Origin: an uncultured Thiotrichales bacterium
GTDB lineage: Bacteria; Pseudomonadota; Gammaproteobacteria; HK1
Assembly: GCA_964624765.1 (NCBI GenBank)
Contig: CAZUZO010000002.1
Span: 15,495-79,494 of the forward strand
Length of the DNA: 64,000 nt
Direction: 5' to 3'
Below are positions 18,558-28,022 of this stretch, piece by piece; the stretch's first letter is position 1; the number at the start of each line of letters is the position of its first letter. The notes beneath the pieces are model-generated. The model did not search any database. It was given only the letters and a program-made list of their open reading frames with translations, and was not told where the DNA came from. The translations under genes and the position numbers were made by a program.

Positions 18558-19457
18558 CTATGCCTGGCGCTGGCCGTAAATGCTGGTCGTCGCGTTGTTT
18601 GCCCGAATGGCCTCTGGACGCGACGCCTGTACCCTAAAGAGGTGCACGCGTCGCTTGTCAGCGCGTACCACGGTGAAATGCAGGCCATCGATGGTGCAGG
18701 TTTCGCCGCGCCGAGGCAGATGACCGAAGGTTTTGATAACTAATCCACCGATGGTATCGAATTCCTGGTCACTGAAAGTGGTGTGGAAGTACTCGTTGAA
18801 ATCCTCGATGGGGGTGAGGGCTTTGACCATGTATTCGTTTCCCCCATGAGGTTTAATGTAATACTCTTCATCGATGTCGTGTTCGTCGTCGATTTCGCCG
18901 ACAATCTGCTCTAGCACGTCTTCTATAGTCACCAGTCCTGCGACACCACCGTACTCGTCCACCACAATCGCCATATGATTACGTCGCGCCCGGAACTCTC
19001 GCAGCAGTATATTCAGACGCTTGCTTTCGGGAATGAATACCGCCGGGCGCATGGCGTCGCGCAAATTGAAGCTGCCAACGTTACCACGCGCGAAGTAATC
19101 TAACAGATCTTTAGCCAGGAGTATCCCGACCACCTCGTCTCGGCTGTCACTGATGATGGGGAAGCGTGAATGGCCAGACTCAATGATGGTATGGATGAAA
19201 TCCTCTGGTGCCGCATCCTGCTGCACGACCACCATCTGCGCCCGGGGAATCATGATATCGCGAACCCGCATTTCCGCCACCTGCAGGGCTCCCTCGATCA
19301 TGCTGAGGGCATCGGCGTCTACGAGCTGCCGTTCTTCGGCGTCTCGTAGTAGCGTGAGCAACTGTTCCCGATCTTGGGGCTCTCCCATGAGGGCTTGGCT
19401 TAGACGTTCCAACCAGGAACGGCGCCCGGAAGGACTGCTCACATAATCTTCGGTCAT
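18558..19457 (-). CDS. corC: CBS-pair / CorC_HlyC domain magnesium-cobalt efflux-associated protein
   Basis: VRDIMIPRAQM..., CBS pair, and C-terminal transporter-associated domain. The ATG overlaps the ybeY stop. Confidence 0.9.
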   Translation of the reverse strand: MTEDYVSSPSGRRSWLERLSQALMGEPQDREQLLTLLRDAEERQLVDADALSMIEGALQVAEMRVRDIMIPRAQMVVVQQDAAPEDFIHTIIESGHSRFPIISDSRDEVVGILLAKDLLDYFARGNVGSFNLRDAMRPAVFIPESKRLNILLREFRARRNHMAIVVDEYGGVAGLVTIEDVLEQIVGEIDDEHDIDEEYYIKPHGGNEYMVKALTPIEDFNEYFHTTFSDQEFDTIGGLVIKTFGHLPRRGETCTIDGLHFTVVRADKRRVHLFRVQASRPEAIRANNATTSIYGQRQA

Positions 19458-19957
19458 GGTGTACTGGCCTCGACGTAGGGATTGGGGAAGCCTAGGACGG
19501 CAAGGATCGTTTGCTCAAGGGATTCCATGTGGTCTGCTTGCGGGGGAGTTTGGTGATCATATCCCAGCAGATGCAACGCTCCATGAACCACCATGTGCGC
19601 CCAGTGTGCCTCGGGATCTTTTCCTTGCTGTTGAGCCTCGCGTCGTACGACCGGGGCACAGATGACAATGTCGCCGAGCAGGGGTAGCGCGAGTCCGATT
19701 GGGGATTCGAAGGGGAAGGCGAGCACGTTGGTGGCGCCACTGCCACCACGGAAGCGCTCGTTTAGCGCCGCACCTTCGGCTTCGTCCACGATACGCACCG
19801 TTACCTCGGCCTTGTCCAAACGCTGGGCCAGGACTGCACCTATCCAGGCGCTGAACTGCTCAGGTCCAGGCAGGGGTTGTTCTTTGGTAGCCACCTGAAG
19901 GTCAACCTCGAGCAGCAAGGAGCGGTCAGTGGGGCTCGATTCTCCCTTTCTCTTCAT
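19454..19957 (-). CDS. ybeY: rRNA maturation RNase YbeY
   Basis: Zinc motif HMVVHGALHLLGYDH. The start overlaps the phoH 3' end by about 32 nt, so the start is somewhat uncertain. Confidence 0.9.
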   Translation of the reverse strand: MKRKGESSPTDRSLLLEVDLQVATKEQPLPGPEQFSAWIGAVLAQRLDKAEVTVRIVDEAEGAALNERFRGGSGATNVLAFPFESPIGLALPLLGDIVICAPVVRREAQQQGKDPEAHWAHMVVHGALHLLGYDHQTPPQADHMESLEQTILAVLGFPNPYVEASTP

Positions 19958-21002
19958 GGGCCTCGTAGGCCTCGAGTATTCGCGCGACTAGCGGATGACG
20001 TACCACATCCTTGGCGTCAAAGAAGGTGAAGCTGATGCCATCGATGGACTTTAGAACATCGATGACATGGCAAAGACCGGGGCGTTGGCCCCGGGGTAGA
20101 TCGACTTGTGTCACATCACCGTTAACGACGGCCGTTGTTCCAAATCCGATGCGGGTCACGAACATCTTCATCTGTTCGATGGTGGTATTTTGCGCCTCAT
20201 CGAGAATGACAAAAGATTCATTGAGTGTTCGGCCACGCATGAAGGCAAGCGGCGCGATCTCGATGATACTTCGCTCAATGAGCTTGCTTACGCGCTCAAA
20301 CCCGAGCATTTCATACAGAGCATCGTAAAGCGGCCGCAAGTAAGGATCGATCTTTTGCGCCAAATCGCCAGGGAGGAAACCCAACCGCTCTCCCGCTTCC
20401 ACAGCCGGTCGCGCGAGGACTAACCGCCTGACTTTTTCTGTCTCTAAAGCCTCGACCGCGCAGGCGACCGCCAGGTAGGTCTTACCGGTGCCTGCGGGAC
20501 CGATACCAAAATTTAGACCATTGGTTCGGATGTTCTGAACGTAGTGGCATTGGTTGGGCCCCCGGCCTCGAATGAGGCCGCTACGAGTGCGCACCACGAT
20601 TTCCCTTTCTTTGCTCTCATCGAGGCTTGCATCCACGCCCGAACCTTGCAAAAACACATGCACCCGCGCGGCGGTAAGGGCCTCCACACGGGTCACCTCG
20701 TAGAGTTCCTCAATGATCGCTGTGGCGGCCCGCACCGGAGTGGGTGGCCCGGACACGCGAAAGTCGTTGCCACGGTTACTGATCTCTACCCCCAAACGCA
20801 GTTCTAACTGACGCAGGTGTTGGTCAAGCGGGCCACAAAGATTGGCTAGGCGGTCGTTGTCAGCGGGCTCCAGTCGAATGTGGCTAACATCCCGAGGTTC
20901 GGAACTCGCTTGGCGAAGGAAGATCTGTTCAGGCACAGATGGCGATTCAGTCAGCGTAGTGAGCTCTTGTTGCATCGGCAGGCGTGTTGGCATAGTCGGC
21001 AA
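19926..21002 (-). CDS. phoH: PhoH-like ATPase (YbeZ)
   Basis: Walker [13 protein letters not shown] and the PhoH signature. The start could be a later Met (for example 20975). It overlaps the miaB 3' end. Confidence 0.9.
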   Translation of the reverse strand: MPTMPTRLPMQQELTTLTESPSVPEQIFLRQASSEPRDVSHIRLEPADNDRLANLCGPLDQHLRQLELRLGVEISNRGNDFRVSGPPTPVRAATAIIEELYEVTRVEALTAARVHVFLQGSGVDASLDESKEREIVVRTRSGLIRGRGPNQCHYVQNIRTNGLNFGIGPAGTGKTYLAVACAVEALETEKVRRLVLARPAVEAGERLGFLPGDLAQKIDPYLRPLYDALYEMLGFERVSKLIERSIIEIAPLAFMRGRTLNESFVILDEAQNTTIEQMKMFVTRIGFGTTAVVNGDVTQVDLPRGQRPGLCHVIDVLKSIDGISFTFFDAKDVVRHPLVARILEAYEAHEEKGRIEPH

Positions 21003-22317
21003 TCTCGCCGCGCAATGAATTGGGGAGGGCTTCGGTGATGAGAACCTCGACGAAATCTCCGATTAACCACTGCCGGCCGCGAAAATTCACCATGCGATTG
21101 TTCTCGGTGCGGCCTGCAAGCTCGGTCGGATCTCTCTTGGCTCGGCCTTCCACGAGCACCCTCTGGATTGTTCCCACCATCCGTTGGCTGATGGCCGCAC
21201 CCTGGCCGCTCAGGCGCGCCTGGAGGGTGGCGAGGCGGTCTTTGGCGACCCACGGGGGAACGTGATCCGGAAGGGCTGCTGCGGGTGTCCCAGGGCGAGG
21301 GCTGAAGATAAAGCTAAATGACTGATCAAACTGGATGTCTTCAACGAGTTGAAGGGTCGCTTCAAAATCTTCGTGGGTTTCCCCTGGGAAGCCAACGATG
21401 AAATCCGATGAGAGTGTCAAATCGGAACGCGCAGCGCGCAGCGCGCTGACTTTGTGTCGATAGTCCTGGGCGCTGTAGCCACGCTTCATGAGTTGGAGGA
21501 TTCGGTCGCTGCCACTTTGCACAGGTAGGTGCAAATGACCCACGAGTTGCGGTACCTCGCGGAAAGCCTCGATGAGATCCGCGGACAGATCAGATGGATG
21601 AGAGGTGGTGAACCGTATTCGATCCACACCATCGATGGTCGCCGCATACTGGATCAGCAAGGCCAAGCTGGCTGGCTCACCGTCGTGCATGAGGCCGCGG
21701 TAGGCGTTAACGTTTTGCCCAAGAAACACGATTTCCCGCACGCCTTGTTCCGCCAGGCTCGCGACTTCTGCAAACACATCATCGAAAGGCCGGCTGAATT
21801 CCTCGCCCCGCGTATAGGGGACGATACAAAAGGAACAGTACTTACTGCACCCCTCCATGACGGAGACGAAGGCCGTCGGGCCATCCGCGCGGGGTTCAGG
21901 TAGGCCGTCAAATTTCTCGATTTCCGGAAAAGAGATGTCAACGACAGGCCGACGAAGACGCTTGGCCTGAGCGAGCATCGAGGGTACGCGGTGTAAGGTT
22001 TGCGGGCCATAGACGAGGTCAACGTAAGGTGCACGCCGCCGTATCGATTCTCCCTCCTGGCTGGCCACACAGCCACCGACACCGATCACGAGATCCGGGC
22101 GTCGCTGTTTCCATTCGCGCCATTGACCGAGCTGGGAGAAGACCTTTTCTTGGGCTTTTTCGCGCACAGAGCAGGTGTTGATCAACAACACATCGGCTTG
22201 CTCGGGGATGTCAGTGAGGGTAAGGCCATGCGAATTGCCTAACAGCTGCGCCGTCTTCGCGGAGTCATACACGTTCATCTGACAACCGAAGGTCTTAATG
22301 TAGAGCTTCTTGGGCAT
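20947..22317 (-). CDS. miaB: tRNA (N6-isopentenyladenosine-37) methylthiotransferase MiaB
   Basis: [19 protein letters not shown]..., radical [11 protein letters not shown], and a TRAM domain. The track ORF begins at a TTG 15 nt upstream, but ATG 22317 is preferred. Confidence 0.95.
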   Translation of the reverse strand: MPKKLYIKTFGCQMNVYDSAKTAQLLGNSHGLTLTDIPEQADVLLINTCSVREKAQEKVFSQLGQWREWKQRRPDLVIGVGGCVASQEGESIRRRAPYVDLVYGPQTLHRVPSMLAQAKRLRRPVVDISFPEIEKFDGLPEPRADGPTAFVSVMEGCSKYCSFCIVPYTRGEEFSRPFDDVFAEVASLAEQGVREIVFLGQNVNAYRGLMHDGEPASLALLIQYAATIDGVDRIRFTTSHPSDLSADLIEAFREVPQLVGHLHLPVQSGSDRILQLMKRGYSAQDYRHKVSALRAARSDLTLSSDFIVGFPGETHEDFEATLQLVEDIQFDQSFSFIFSPRPGTPAAALPDHVPPWVAKDRLATLQARLSGQGAAISQRMVGTIQRVLVEGRAKRDPTELAGRTENNRMVNFRGRQWLIGDFVEVLITEALPNSLRGEIADYANTPADATRAHYAD

Positions 22318-22472
22318 ACCACTGCAAGTCAAATGATTCCATGCGATTACGCTACACTTTTCTAGGCCAATTTTCTAGGGAGATCAAACTCCTCTAGGGG
22401 CAAGGGGCGTGTTACGGCGGTGGTTCGCCTCATGCCTGCAGTTTGGTCCTGCTGCGTTGGGGACGAAGGAAC

Positions 22473-22495
22473 CTGCCGAAACGATGACCATGGCC
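22473..22495 (+). repeat. type-3 motif, solo copy
   Basis: CTGCCGAAACGATGACCATGGCC. Confidence 0.6.
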
Positions 22496-22775
22496 ACAAA
22501 ACCTATCGTGTCCTCCGCGGGCCGCGTGGAGCAGTGTTCCCTGGGCTTGCTTTGCAAAACCGTACAGAGTGAGTCCTGCGCGGGTGTGCAGCGGCTCTTT
22601 TCGGAGCAATGGTGGACAAGCGATGACTATGGTGGGATAAAGTTTCCATCTGCCGGTAACACGTAATGGTGGTATAGTGTGCCCGGGCGAGGTAGGCCGA
22701 GCACTCGACTTCTGGTGTACCGCCATCTCATCTGCGGACGGCGCCGATGCGGCGCGGCTGAAGTGTGGCCGCTGA

Positions 22776-22925
22776 GAGTTGAGTCTCTCAGAGAACCGTC
22801 GCAAGCGGGCCGAGAGAGCTAGGCGGATGGCGTGAAGCTGGGAGACATAATCAGGTAGATAGGCGAGCCGCCGAGCACCGCACAACACCGCTGCCGCGTT
22901 ACGTAGCGCGTTTTTTCAAAAGCTC
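22776..22925 (+). mobile_element. type-2 inverted-repeat element, left terminus degenerate (150 bp)
   Basis: GAGTTGAGTCTCTCAGAGAACCGTCGCAAGCGGGCCGAGAG...GGTAGATAGGCGAG...GCGTTTTTTCAAAAGCTC aligns along its whole length with the reverse complement of 42074-42214. TGA lies at 22773-22775. Confidence 0.7.
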
Positions 22926-22962
22926 AGAGGCTGGCAGGTAGTGATCGAAGGAAACTAGCTTT

Positions 22963-23841
22963 ATGTCGCGTAAACATCCCATCATCGCAGTGACTGGTTC
23001 CTCGGGAGCGAGGAGCTCCGCCGTTATCGATGCCTTTGCTCACATTCTGGGTCGCGAGGGTGCGACTTTCGCCATCATCGATGGCAACGGCTTTCATCGT
23101 TACGATCGGGTGGCGTTCCCAGCCGCCCTCCAGGATGCCGCTAGCCGAGGTAAGACCCTCAGTCATTTTGCGCCGGAAGCTAATCTTCTTGAAGAGCTAG
23201 AAGCGCTGATGGCGGAGTATTCCATGCAAGGCACCGGTCGACACCGCCGCTATCTGCACAGTGCCGAGCAGGCCGCTGAGTTTGGGCAGCGTCCCGGCAC
23301 CTTCACCGATTGGGAGCCGATCCCGGAGAACACGGATATTTTGTATTACCGGGGCTTGCACGGGTGTTTTGTCAACGGCAGCGTTGATATTGCGAAATAT
23401 ATGGACTTGAAGATCGGCGTGGTGCCCATCGTTAACCTCGAGTGGATTCAGAAGATCCATCGCGATATGGGTGAGCGGGGTTACAGCGTAGAGGCGGTGA
23501 CGGACACGATCTTGCGCCGTATGCCGGACTATGTGCGTTACATTACTCCGCAGTTCTCGCGCACGGATATCAACTTTCAACCGGTTCCCATGGTGGATAC
23601 CTCTAATCCTTTCATTGCGCGCGATGTGCCTACGCTCAATGAGAGCATGGTGGTGATCCGTGTTGCGAACACGAGCAGGTGCCCAGTGGACTTCCCGTAC
23701 TTACTACGAAACATCCACAAGTCCTTCATGTCGAGGCGTAATACCATTGTGGTTCCTGGCGGAGAGATCGGGGTTGCGATGGAACTGATGTTGGCGCCTT
23801 TGGTGCACGAGCTACTGGCGCGCCGCAACGGCACCGGCTGA
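22963..23841 (+). CDS. prk: phosphoribulokinase
   Basis: MSRKHPIIAVTGSSGA...KIGVVPIVNLEWIQKIHRD...TDINFQPVPMVDTSNPFIA closely follows bacterial PrkA/PrkB. GAAGGA precedes the ATG. Confidence 0.9.
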   Translation: MSRKHPIIAVTGSSGARSSAVIDAFAHILGREGATFAIIDGNGFHRYDRVAFPAALQDAASRGKTLSHFAPEANLLEELEALMAEYSMQGTGRHRRYLHSAEQAAEFGQRPGTFTDWEPIPENTDILYYRGLHGCFVNGSVDIAKYMDLKIGVVPIVNLEWIQKIHRDMGERGYSVEAVTDTILRRMPDYVRYITPQFSRTDINFQPVPMVDTSNPFIARDVPTLNESMVVIRVANTSRCPVDFPYLLRNIHKSFMSRRNTIVVPGGEIGVAMELMLAPLVHELLARRNGTG

Positions 23842-23951
23842 TTGACCTCTGAGCATCCCAACCCCGCGCGCGGGTCAGGTGTTCTCTTAAGAAACGCGCA
23901 TGAGGTACAAGGTGACATGAAAACGGCTGCTTTCAGTTTTGTTTCTTGAGA

Positions 23952-24168
23952 GAAGCTGTTCTAAAAATGTCACGAGCGCCGCCAGAGCAAGGCGCACGGC
24001 AGCGAGACAAAATCGTCCGGAACGATTTTGAACAGCCGCAGGCTGGCTCCGAGGGAGCGAGCCTCAGGGATGGGGCGAGTAACGCGGAGTGTACAAAGGA
24101 GTACATGAGCATTTCGAGCTGCCGCGCAACGCAGCTCAGGCAAGCGCAGTAATTTTTAAAACAGCTTC
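23952..24168 (+). mobile_element. type-1 inverted-repeat element, long form (217 bp)
   Basis: GAAGCTGTTCTAAAAATGTCACGAGCGCC...GCAAGCGCAGTAATTTTTAAAACAGCTTC. TGA lies at 23947-23949 (2 nt offset) and at 24169-24171. Confidence 0.9.
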
Positions 24169-24321
24169 TGAGCGCTCTGGTTGCCGTACCTGCCCATTGG
24201 ATACAATGCGGCAGATGGATGGCGCCCTCGGCGAGGTTGGGCGGATGCTAAACCCGGTCGGCTGTCGGGGCTGCTGGCCCGAGCCGATCTTCGAAGTGGC
24301 TCCAGAGGCGGGGCCTAGGCG

Positions 24322-25329
24322 ATGGAGATGTTGCTGCCCTCGAATTCAGATACCGACGTTGGTCGTTCAAGTGTCCCGGATATCAGGATTTCTGTGCGCC
24401 AGACGTTCAGTATCGACAGCGATTTTCAAGTTCCGGCGTTCAGCCAACCGACCGAGCATGTGCCCGAGGTCGATGAAGCGTACCGTTTCGACCCTGCCAC
24501 CACTCTAGCGATCCTCGCGGGTTTTGCCTTCGGTCGTCGGGTGCTCATTCAGGGCTACCACGGAACCGGCAAATCGACCCACATCGAGCAGGTAGCTGCC
24601 CGGCTCAATTGGCCCTGTGTACGGGTCAACCTCGATAGCCACATCAGCCGGTTGGATCTGGTGGGCAAGGATGCCATCGTCCTGCGCGATGGACATCAGG
24701 TGACCGAGTTCAGGGAAGGCATCCTCCCCTGGGCATTTCAGAACCCCACTGCGCTGGTGTTCGATGAGTACGATGCCGGTCGTGCGGATGTCATGTTCGT
24801 GATTCAGCGGGTCTTGGAGGCCGAGGGGCGGCTCACCCTCCTCGACCAATCTCGGGTACTCCGGCCCCATCCGGCGTTTCGGTTGTTTGCCACCACCAAT
24901 ACCATCGGCCTGGGGGATAGCACCGGACTCTATCACGGTACCCAACAGATTAACCAGGGGCAAATGGACCGCTGGAATATCGTTGCGACACTGAATTACC
25001 TGGAACACGATGCAGAGGTGGACATCGTCTTGGCAAAAGTGCCCGCCTATGCTGACGAAGACGGGCGAGCCACGGTGGGCGCAATGGTCAATCTCGCGGA
25101 GATGACCCGCTCGGGGCTTGTGAATGGTGATATTTCCACCGTCATGAGTCCGCGCACCGTGATCACTTGGGCAGAGAATGCCTTGCTGTTCAGGAACCTG
25201 GCGTTTGCTTTTCGATTGACGTTCCTCAACAAGTGCGACGAAACGGAAAAACCTATCGTGGCTGAGTATTACCAGCGGTGTTTCGGAAGCGAGCTCGGAG
25301 AAGCCCCCTCCGAACTGACCCTCGGATAG
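24322..25329 (+). CDS. cobS: CobS-type AAA+ ATPase (cobaltochelatase subunit CobS family)
   Basis: [48 protein letters not shown]...[35 protein letters not shown] is the CobS signature. Confidence 0.85.
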   Translation: MEMLLPSNSDTDVGRSSVPDIRISVRQTFSIDSDFQVPAFSQPTEHVPEVDEAYRFDPATTLAILAGFAFGRRVLIQGYHGTGKSTHIEQVAARLNWPCVRVNLDSHISRLDLVGKDAIVLRDGHQVTEFREGILPWAFQNPTALVFDEYDAGRADVMFVIQRVLEAEGRLTLLDQSRVLRPHPAFRLFATTNTIGLGDSTGLYHGTQQINQGQMDRWNIVATLNYLEHDAEVDIVLAKVPAYADEDGRATVGAMVNLAEMTRSGLVNGDISTVMSPRTVITWAENALLFRNLAFAFRLTFLNKCDETEKPIVAEYYQRCFGSELGEAPSELTLG

Positions 25330-25517
25330 ACTTTGCGGGTACACGGCCATCGTCAAACCACCAGGTGCTCTCCGGGACGTCCGATCGGCACCGAGATAGG
25401 GGTTGGCTATGCAAGGGAAGCGCGAGAAATCTGTCCAGATGAGGGCTATTGGCCGCTTTCGCTCCTCCGCAAATGTCGTTCGCCATCCCCAACAAGCGAG
25501 CTGGCGTGGGGGTCAGT

Positions 25518-27413
25518 ATGACTTTTAGCCGAGTGGCTAAGACTGAAGTGAAGGACCGCGATCGCCGGCAACGTTTCGAATGGGTTACGCGGGCGGCGAC
25601 GCGGGCGCTTGCCCAGCGCAAAGATCTCAGCGTTGAGTTCCGGCATGCCCGTGCCACCATCGAGAACAATACGGTGTATTTGCACGCACCCTCCGTACAG
25701 GTGACTCCATCGGACGTCATTCGTCTGCGCGGAGAAGCGGATTCCTTGGCGCTGCAGGTGCGATACCATGATCGCGCTTTGCATGAGGCATTGGCACCGG
25801 GTGAGTCGAGTGCTCGGGAGGTGTTCGATAGCTTGGAGCAAGCTCGCTGTGAGGCCCTGGGGGCGCGGCGAATGGTGGGGGTCGCGGCCAACCTCGAGGC
25901 GTGGCTCGCCGCTCGCTATCGAGACGCGGCCGAGCGCGAGCCCCTGAAGCCAAATGCCTTGCGTTTGCCTGACTCGGTGCAACTCATGGCGCGGGAGGCC
26001 ATGACAGGCAGTCCTCCCCCGGCGCCGGCTGCACGCCTGCTCGATACCCAGCGACGGGAGCTCACACCCAAGATCGGTGGCGCTTTGGTGCGCCTCAGCC
26101 GAAACCTCTCAGACCAACGGCGTTTTGCCGAGATCGTGATGGAAATCTTGGTGGCCCTTGGCTTGGATGTGACGGCGGCATCGGATTCCGTCGAGCGGGA
26201 AGCTCCGGACGAGCCAGAACAGGGAGGAGAGGAATCCGACCCCCAAAGCGCCGAATCCATGGCAAGTGAGGCACAAGGTGGCCCGCCTAAGGCGCTGGAA
26301 GATCAGCATCGGCTTGACTCAACAACGGCTCATGGTATGAGCTCGCACCAGGAGCCTGATGGAATCTCTTCACCGGGGGCGGCGGAGCAGCGTTGGATGC
26401 CGAAGGATACGCCTGCCGGTGTCTGGAGATCGGTGAACTGCAGTGCATCGTCCAGCTACCGTGCCTACATGACGGATTTTGACGAGGTGGTCCATGCACA
26501 ACAGCTTTGCACCCAGGAGGAGCTGGCCCGCTTTCGTTCGCATCTGGATCGGCAGGTCCGCGATTTTGATGCCATGATAGGACGATTGGCCAACCGCCTG
26601 CAGAGGCGGCTGCTGGCCAAACAGCTGCGCGGCTGGCAGTTTGATAGGGAGGACGGTTTCCTCGATACGACCCGCTTGGCGCGTCTGGTGGCGAATCCCC
26701 TAAATCCCGTTGCCTACAGGTGGGAACAAGAAACAGCGTTTCAAGATACCGTTGTGAGCTTGCTCATCGATAACTCCGGCTCGATGCGTGGACGGCCGAT
26801 CACCGTTGCCGCCATCAGCGCCGATGTGCTCGCGCGAACCTTGGAGCGATGCGGGGTCAAGACCGAAATCCTGGGTTTTACCACGCGGGCTTGGAAGGGA
26901 GGGCAAGTGCGTGAGCGCTGGATCGAGGGCGGCAAGCCAGCGAATCCAGGTCGATTAAACGATCTACGACATATCATCTATAAGTCGGCTGATATGCCTT
27001 GGCGGCAAGCCCGAAGCAATCTCGGGCTGATGCTGCGGGAGGGGCTCCTGAAGGAGAACATCGATGGTGAGGCACTGACATGGGCCTATCAGCGGTTGCT
27101 CAGGCGTCCTGAAGAGCGACGTATCCTGATGGTTATCAGCGATGGAACGCCAGTGGACGATTCCACTCTGTCAGCAAACGGTGCCGGGTACCTGGAGCGG
27201 CATCTGCGGGAGGTCATCGCGCACATCGAGAATACCCGCTCGGTCGAATTGCTGGCCATTGGGATAGGTCATGATGTGACCCGCTACTACCGTCGTGCCG
27301 TGATGCTGGCGGATGCCGAGCAGTTGGGGGGCGTCATGCTGCAAGAGCTTGCCGGCTTGTTTGATAGTGAGTTAACTCACCCGCGACACCGGTGGCGTCA
27401 CCCTCTCCGTTGA
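25518..27413 (+). CDS. cobT: CobT-type protein with C-terminal vWA domain (cobaltochelatase subunit CobT family)
   Basis: Track ORF starts at TTG 25449, but ATG 25518 preceded by GGGGG is preferred. CobT N-domain ([16 protein letters not shown]...[18 protein letters not shown]), acidic linker, and vWA ([14 protein letters not shown]). Confidence 0.8.
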   Translation: MTFSRVAKTEVKDRDRRQRFEWVTRAATRALAQRKDLSVEFRHARATIENNTVYLHAPSVQVTPSDVIRLRGEADSLALQVRYHDRALHEALAPGESSAREVFDSLEQARCEALGARRMVGVAANLEAWLAARYRDAAEREPLKPNALRLPDSVQLMAREAMTGSPPPAPAARLLDTQRRELTPKIGGALVRLSRNLSDQRRFAEIVMEILVALGLDVTAASDSVEREAPDEPEQGGEESDPQSAESMASEAQGGPPKALEDQHRLDSTTAHGMSSHQEPDGISSPGAAEQRWMPKDTPAGVWRSVNCSASSSYRAYMTDFDEVVHAQQLCTQEELARFRSHLDRQVRDFDAMIGRLANRLQRRLLAKQLRGWQFDREDGFLDTTRLARLVANPLNPVAYRWEQETAFQDTVVSLLIDNSGSMRGRPITVAAISADVLARTLERCGVKTEILGFTTRAWKGGQVRERWIEGGKPANPGRLNDLRHIIYKSADMPWRQARSNLGLMLREGLLKENIDGEALTWAYQRLLRRPEERRILMVISDGTPVDDSTLSANGAGYLERHLREVIAHIENTRSVELLAIGIGHDVTRYYRRAVMLADAEQLGGVMLQELAGLFDSELTHPRHRWRHPLR

Positions 27414-27420
27414 CCCCTGA

Positions 27421-27637
27421 GAAGCTGTTTTAAAAATGTTACGAGCGCCGGCAGAGCAAGGCGCACGGTGGCGACAAAATCGTCGGGAACGATTTTGAAC
27501 AGCTGGAAGCTGGCCCCGAAGGGGCGCGCCCCAAGGATGGGGCGAGTAACAACCGGAGTGTACAAGGGCGTACATGAGGATTGCGGGCCGCCGTGCAACG
27601 CAGCTCAGGCAAGCGCAGTAATTTTTAAAACAGCTGC
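27421..27637 (+). mobile_element. type-1 inverted-repeat element, long form (217 bp)
   Basis: Starts 8 nt after the cobT stop. Flanked by TGA (27418-27420) and TGA (27638-27640). Confidence 0.9.
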
Positions 27638-27831
27638 TGAAAGGTCTTGAAAACCGGCTATGATCGCCGTCTCGGCACCCTGAATCGACCTGTCTCTCGG
27701 ACATGGTAGCCAACCCGGCGGCGCACGGGATGTCTGGTGGGCACGGGCCGTCGGCTTGAGCCCGGTATTCCTGCCGGACACACCCCGCGGCTCCCATGGC
27801 TTGGCGCCGCTTCGCCGTTTGGCGGGAACCC

Positions 27832-27854
27832 CTGACGAAACGATGACCTTGGCC
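27832..27854 (+). repeat. type-3 motif, solo copy
   Basis: CTGACGAAACGATGACCTTGGCC, about 20 nt upstream of the type-2 element. Confidence 0.6.
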
Positions 27855-27876
27855 GGAAATGATCGGCGTAAACTCA

Positions 27877-28017
27877 GAGGTTGTGAAAAAACCTGCTACA
27901 CGACCCGATAGCGGCGTTGGGAGGTGCTCGCTCCTCGCCTATGCATCTGATAGGTCTCTCGGCTTCGCGCCGTCCGCCTGGCTCTCGGGCCGTTCGCGAC
28001 GGTCTTTCTACAACCTG
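27877..28017 (-). mobile_element. type-2 inverted-repeat element (141 bp; orientation opposite to the type-1 core arm)
   Basis: GAGGTTGTGAAAAAACCTGCTACACGACCCGATAGCGGCGTTGGG...CGTTCGCGACGGTCTTTCTACAACCTG. Flanked by TCA (27874-27876) and TCA (28018-28020). It ends 5 nt before the ABC ATPase ATG. Confidence 0.9.
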
Positions 28018-28022
28018 TCAGC

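Noticed and set aside
23946-24152. ORFs of 60-95 aa in the track that run through type-1/type-2 elements on either strand. Examples are 23946-24152, 27468-27650, 47598-47822, 27398-27598, 45958-46239, 52213-52488, 12912-13133, 42093-42308 and 16318-16506. Some give similar peptides, such as TPVVTRPILGARPFGAS.QLFKIVPDDFVA.VRLALPALVTFLKQL.
   Set aside because: The peptide similarity just mirrors nucleotide conservation. Between the 46095 and 52344 copies I count about 5 synonymous versus 12 non-synonymous codon differences in that frame, which is near neutral. The 23952 copy has a 1-nt indel that breaks the frame. Short forms differ by 74 nt, which is not a multiple of 3. Substitutions are compensatory at the nucleotide level. 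Starts and ends of these ORFs fall in unrelated flanking DNA.
24105-24152. A mini-ORF inside the type-1 right half, preceded by an SD-like AAGGAG in the loop of the central hairpin (AAAGGAGTACATG). It encodes MSISSCRATQLRQAQ or MRIAGRRATQLRQAQ in some copies.
   Set aside because: The SD-ATG spacing is only 3 nt. The ATG position shifts between copies (46095 and 51057 use a different ATG). The stop is missing in several copies, so the ORF reads into the flanks. The variable residues coincide with the covarying stem. A structural nucleotide constraint explains the pattern better than coding.
24169-24321. A cobalamin riboswitch upstream of cobS.
   Set aside because: No B12-box (GCCACTG) or the conserved GGGAA...GGTG.AA..CC core is present in the leader.
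24322-27413. CbbQ/CbbO (Rubisco activase pair), suggested by the adjacent phosphoribulokinase gene.
   Set aside because: The sequences carry CobS motifs ([40 protein letters not shown]) and CobT motifs. Their lengths (335 and about 630 aa) fit CobS/CobT rather than CbbQ (about 270 aa) and CbbO (about 770 aa).
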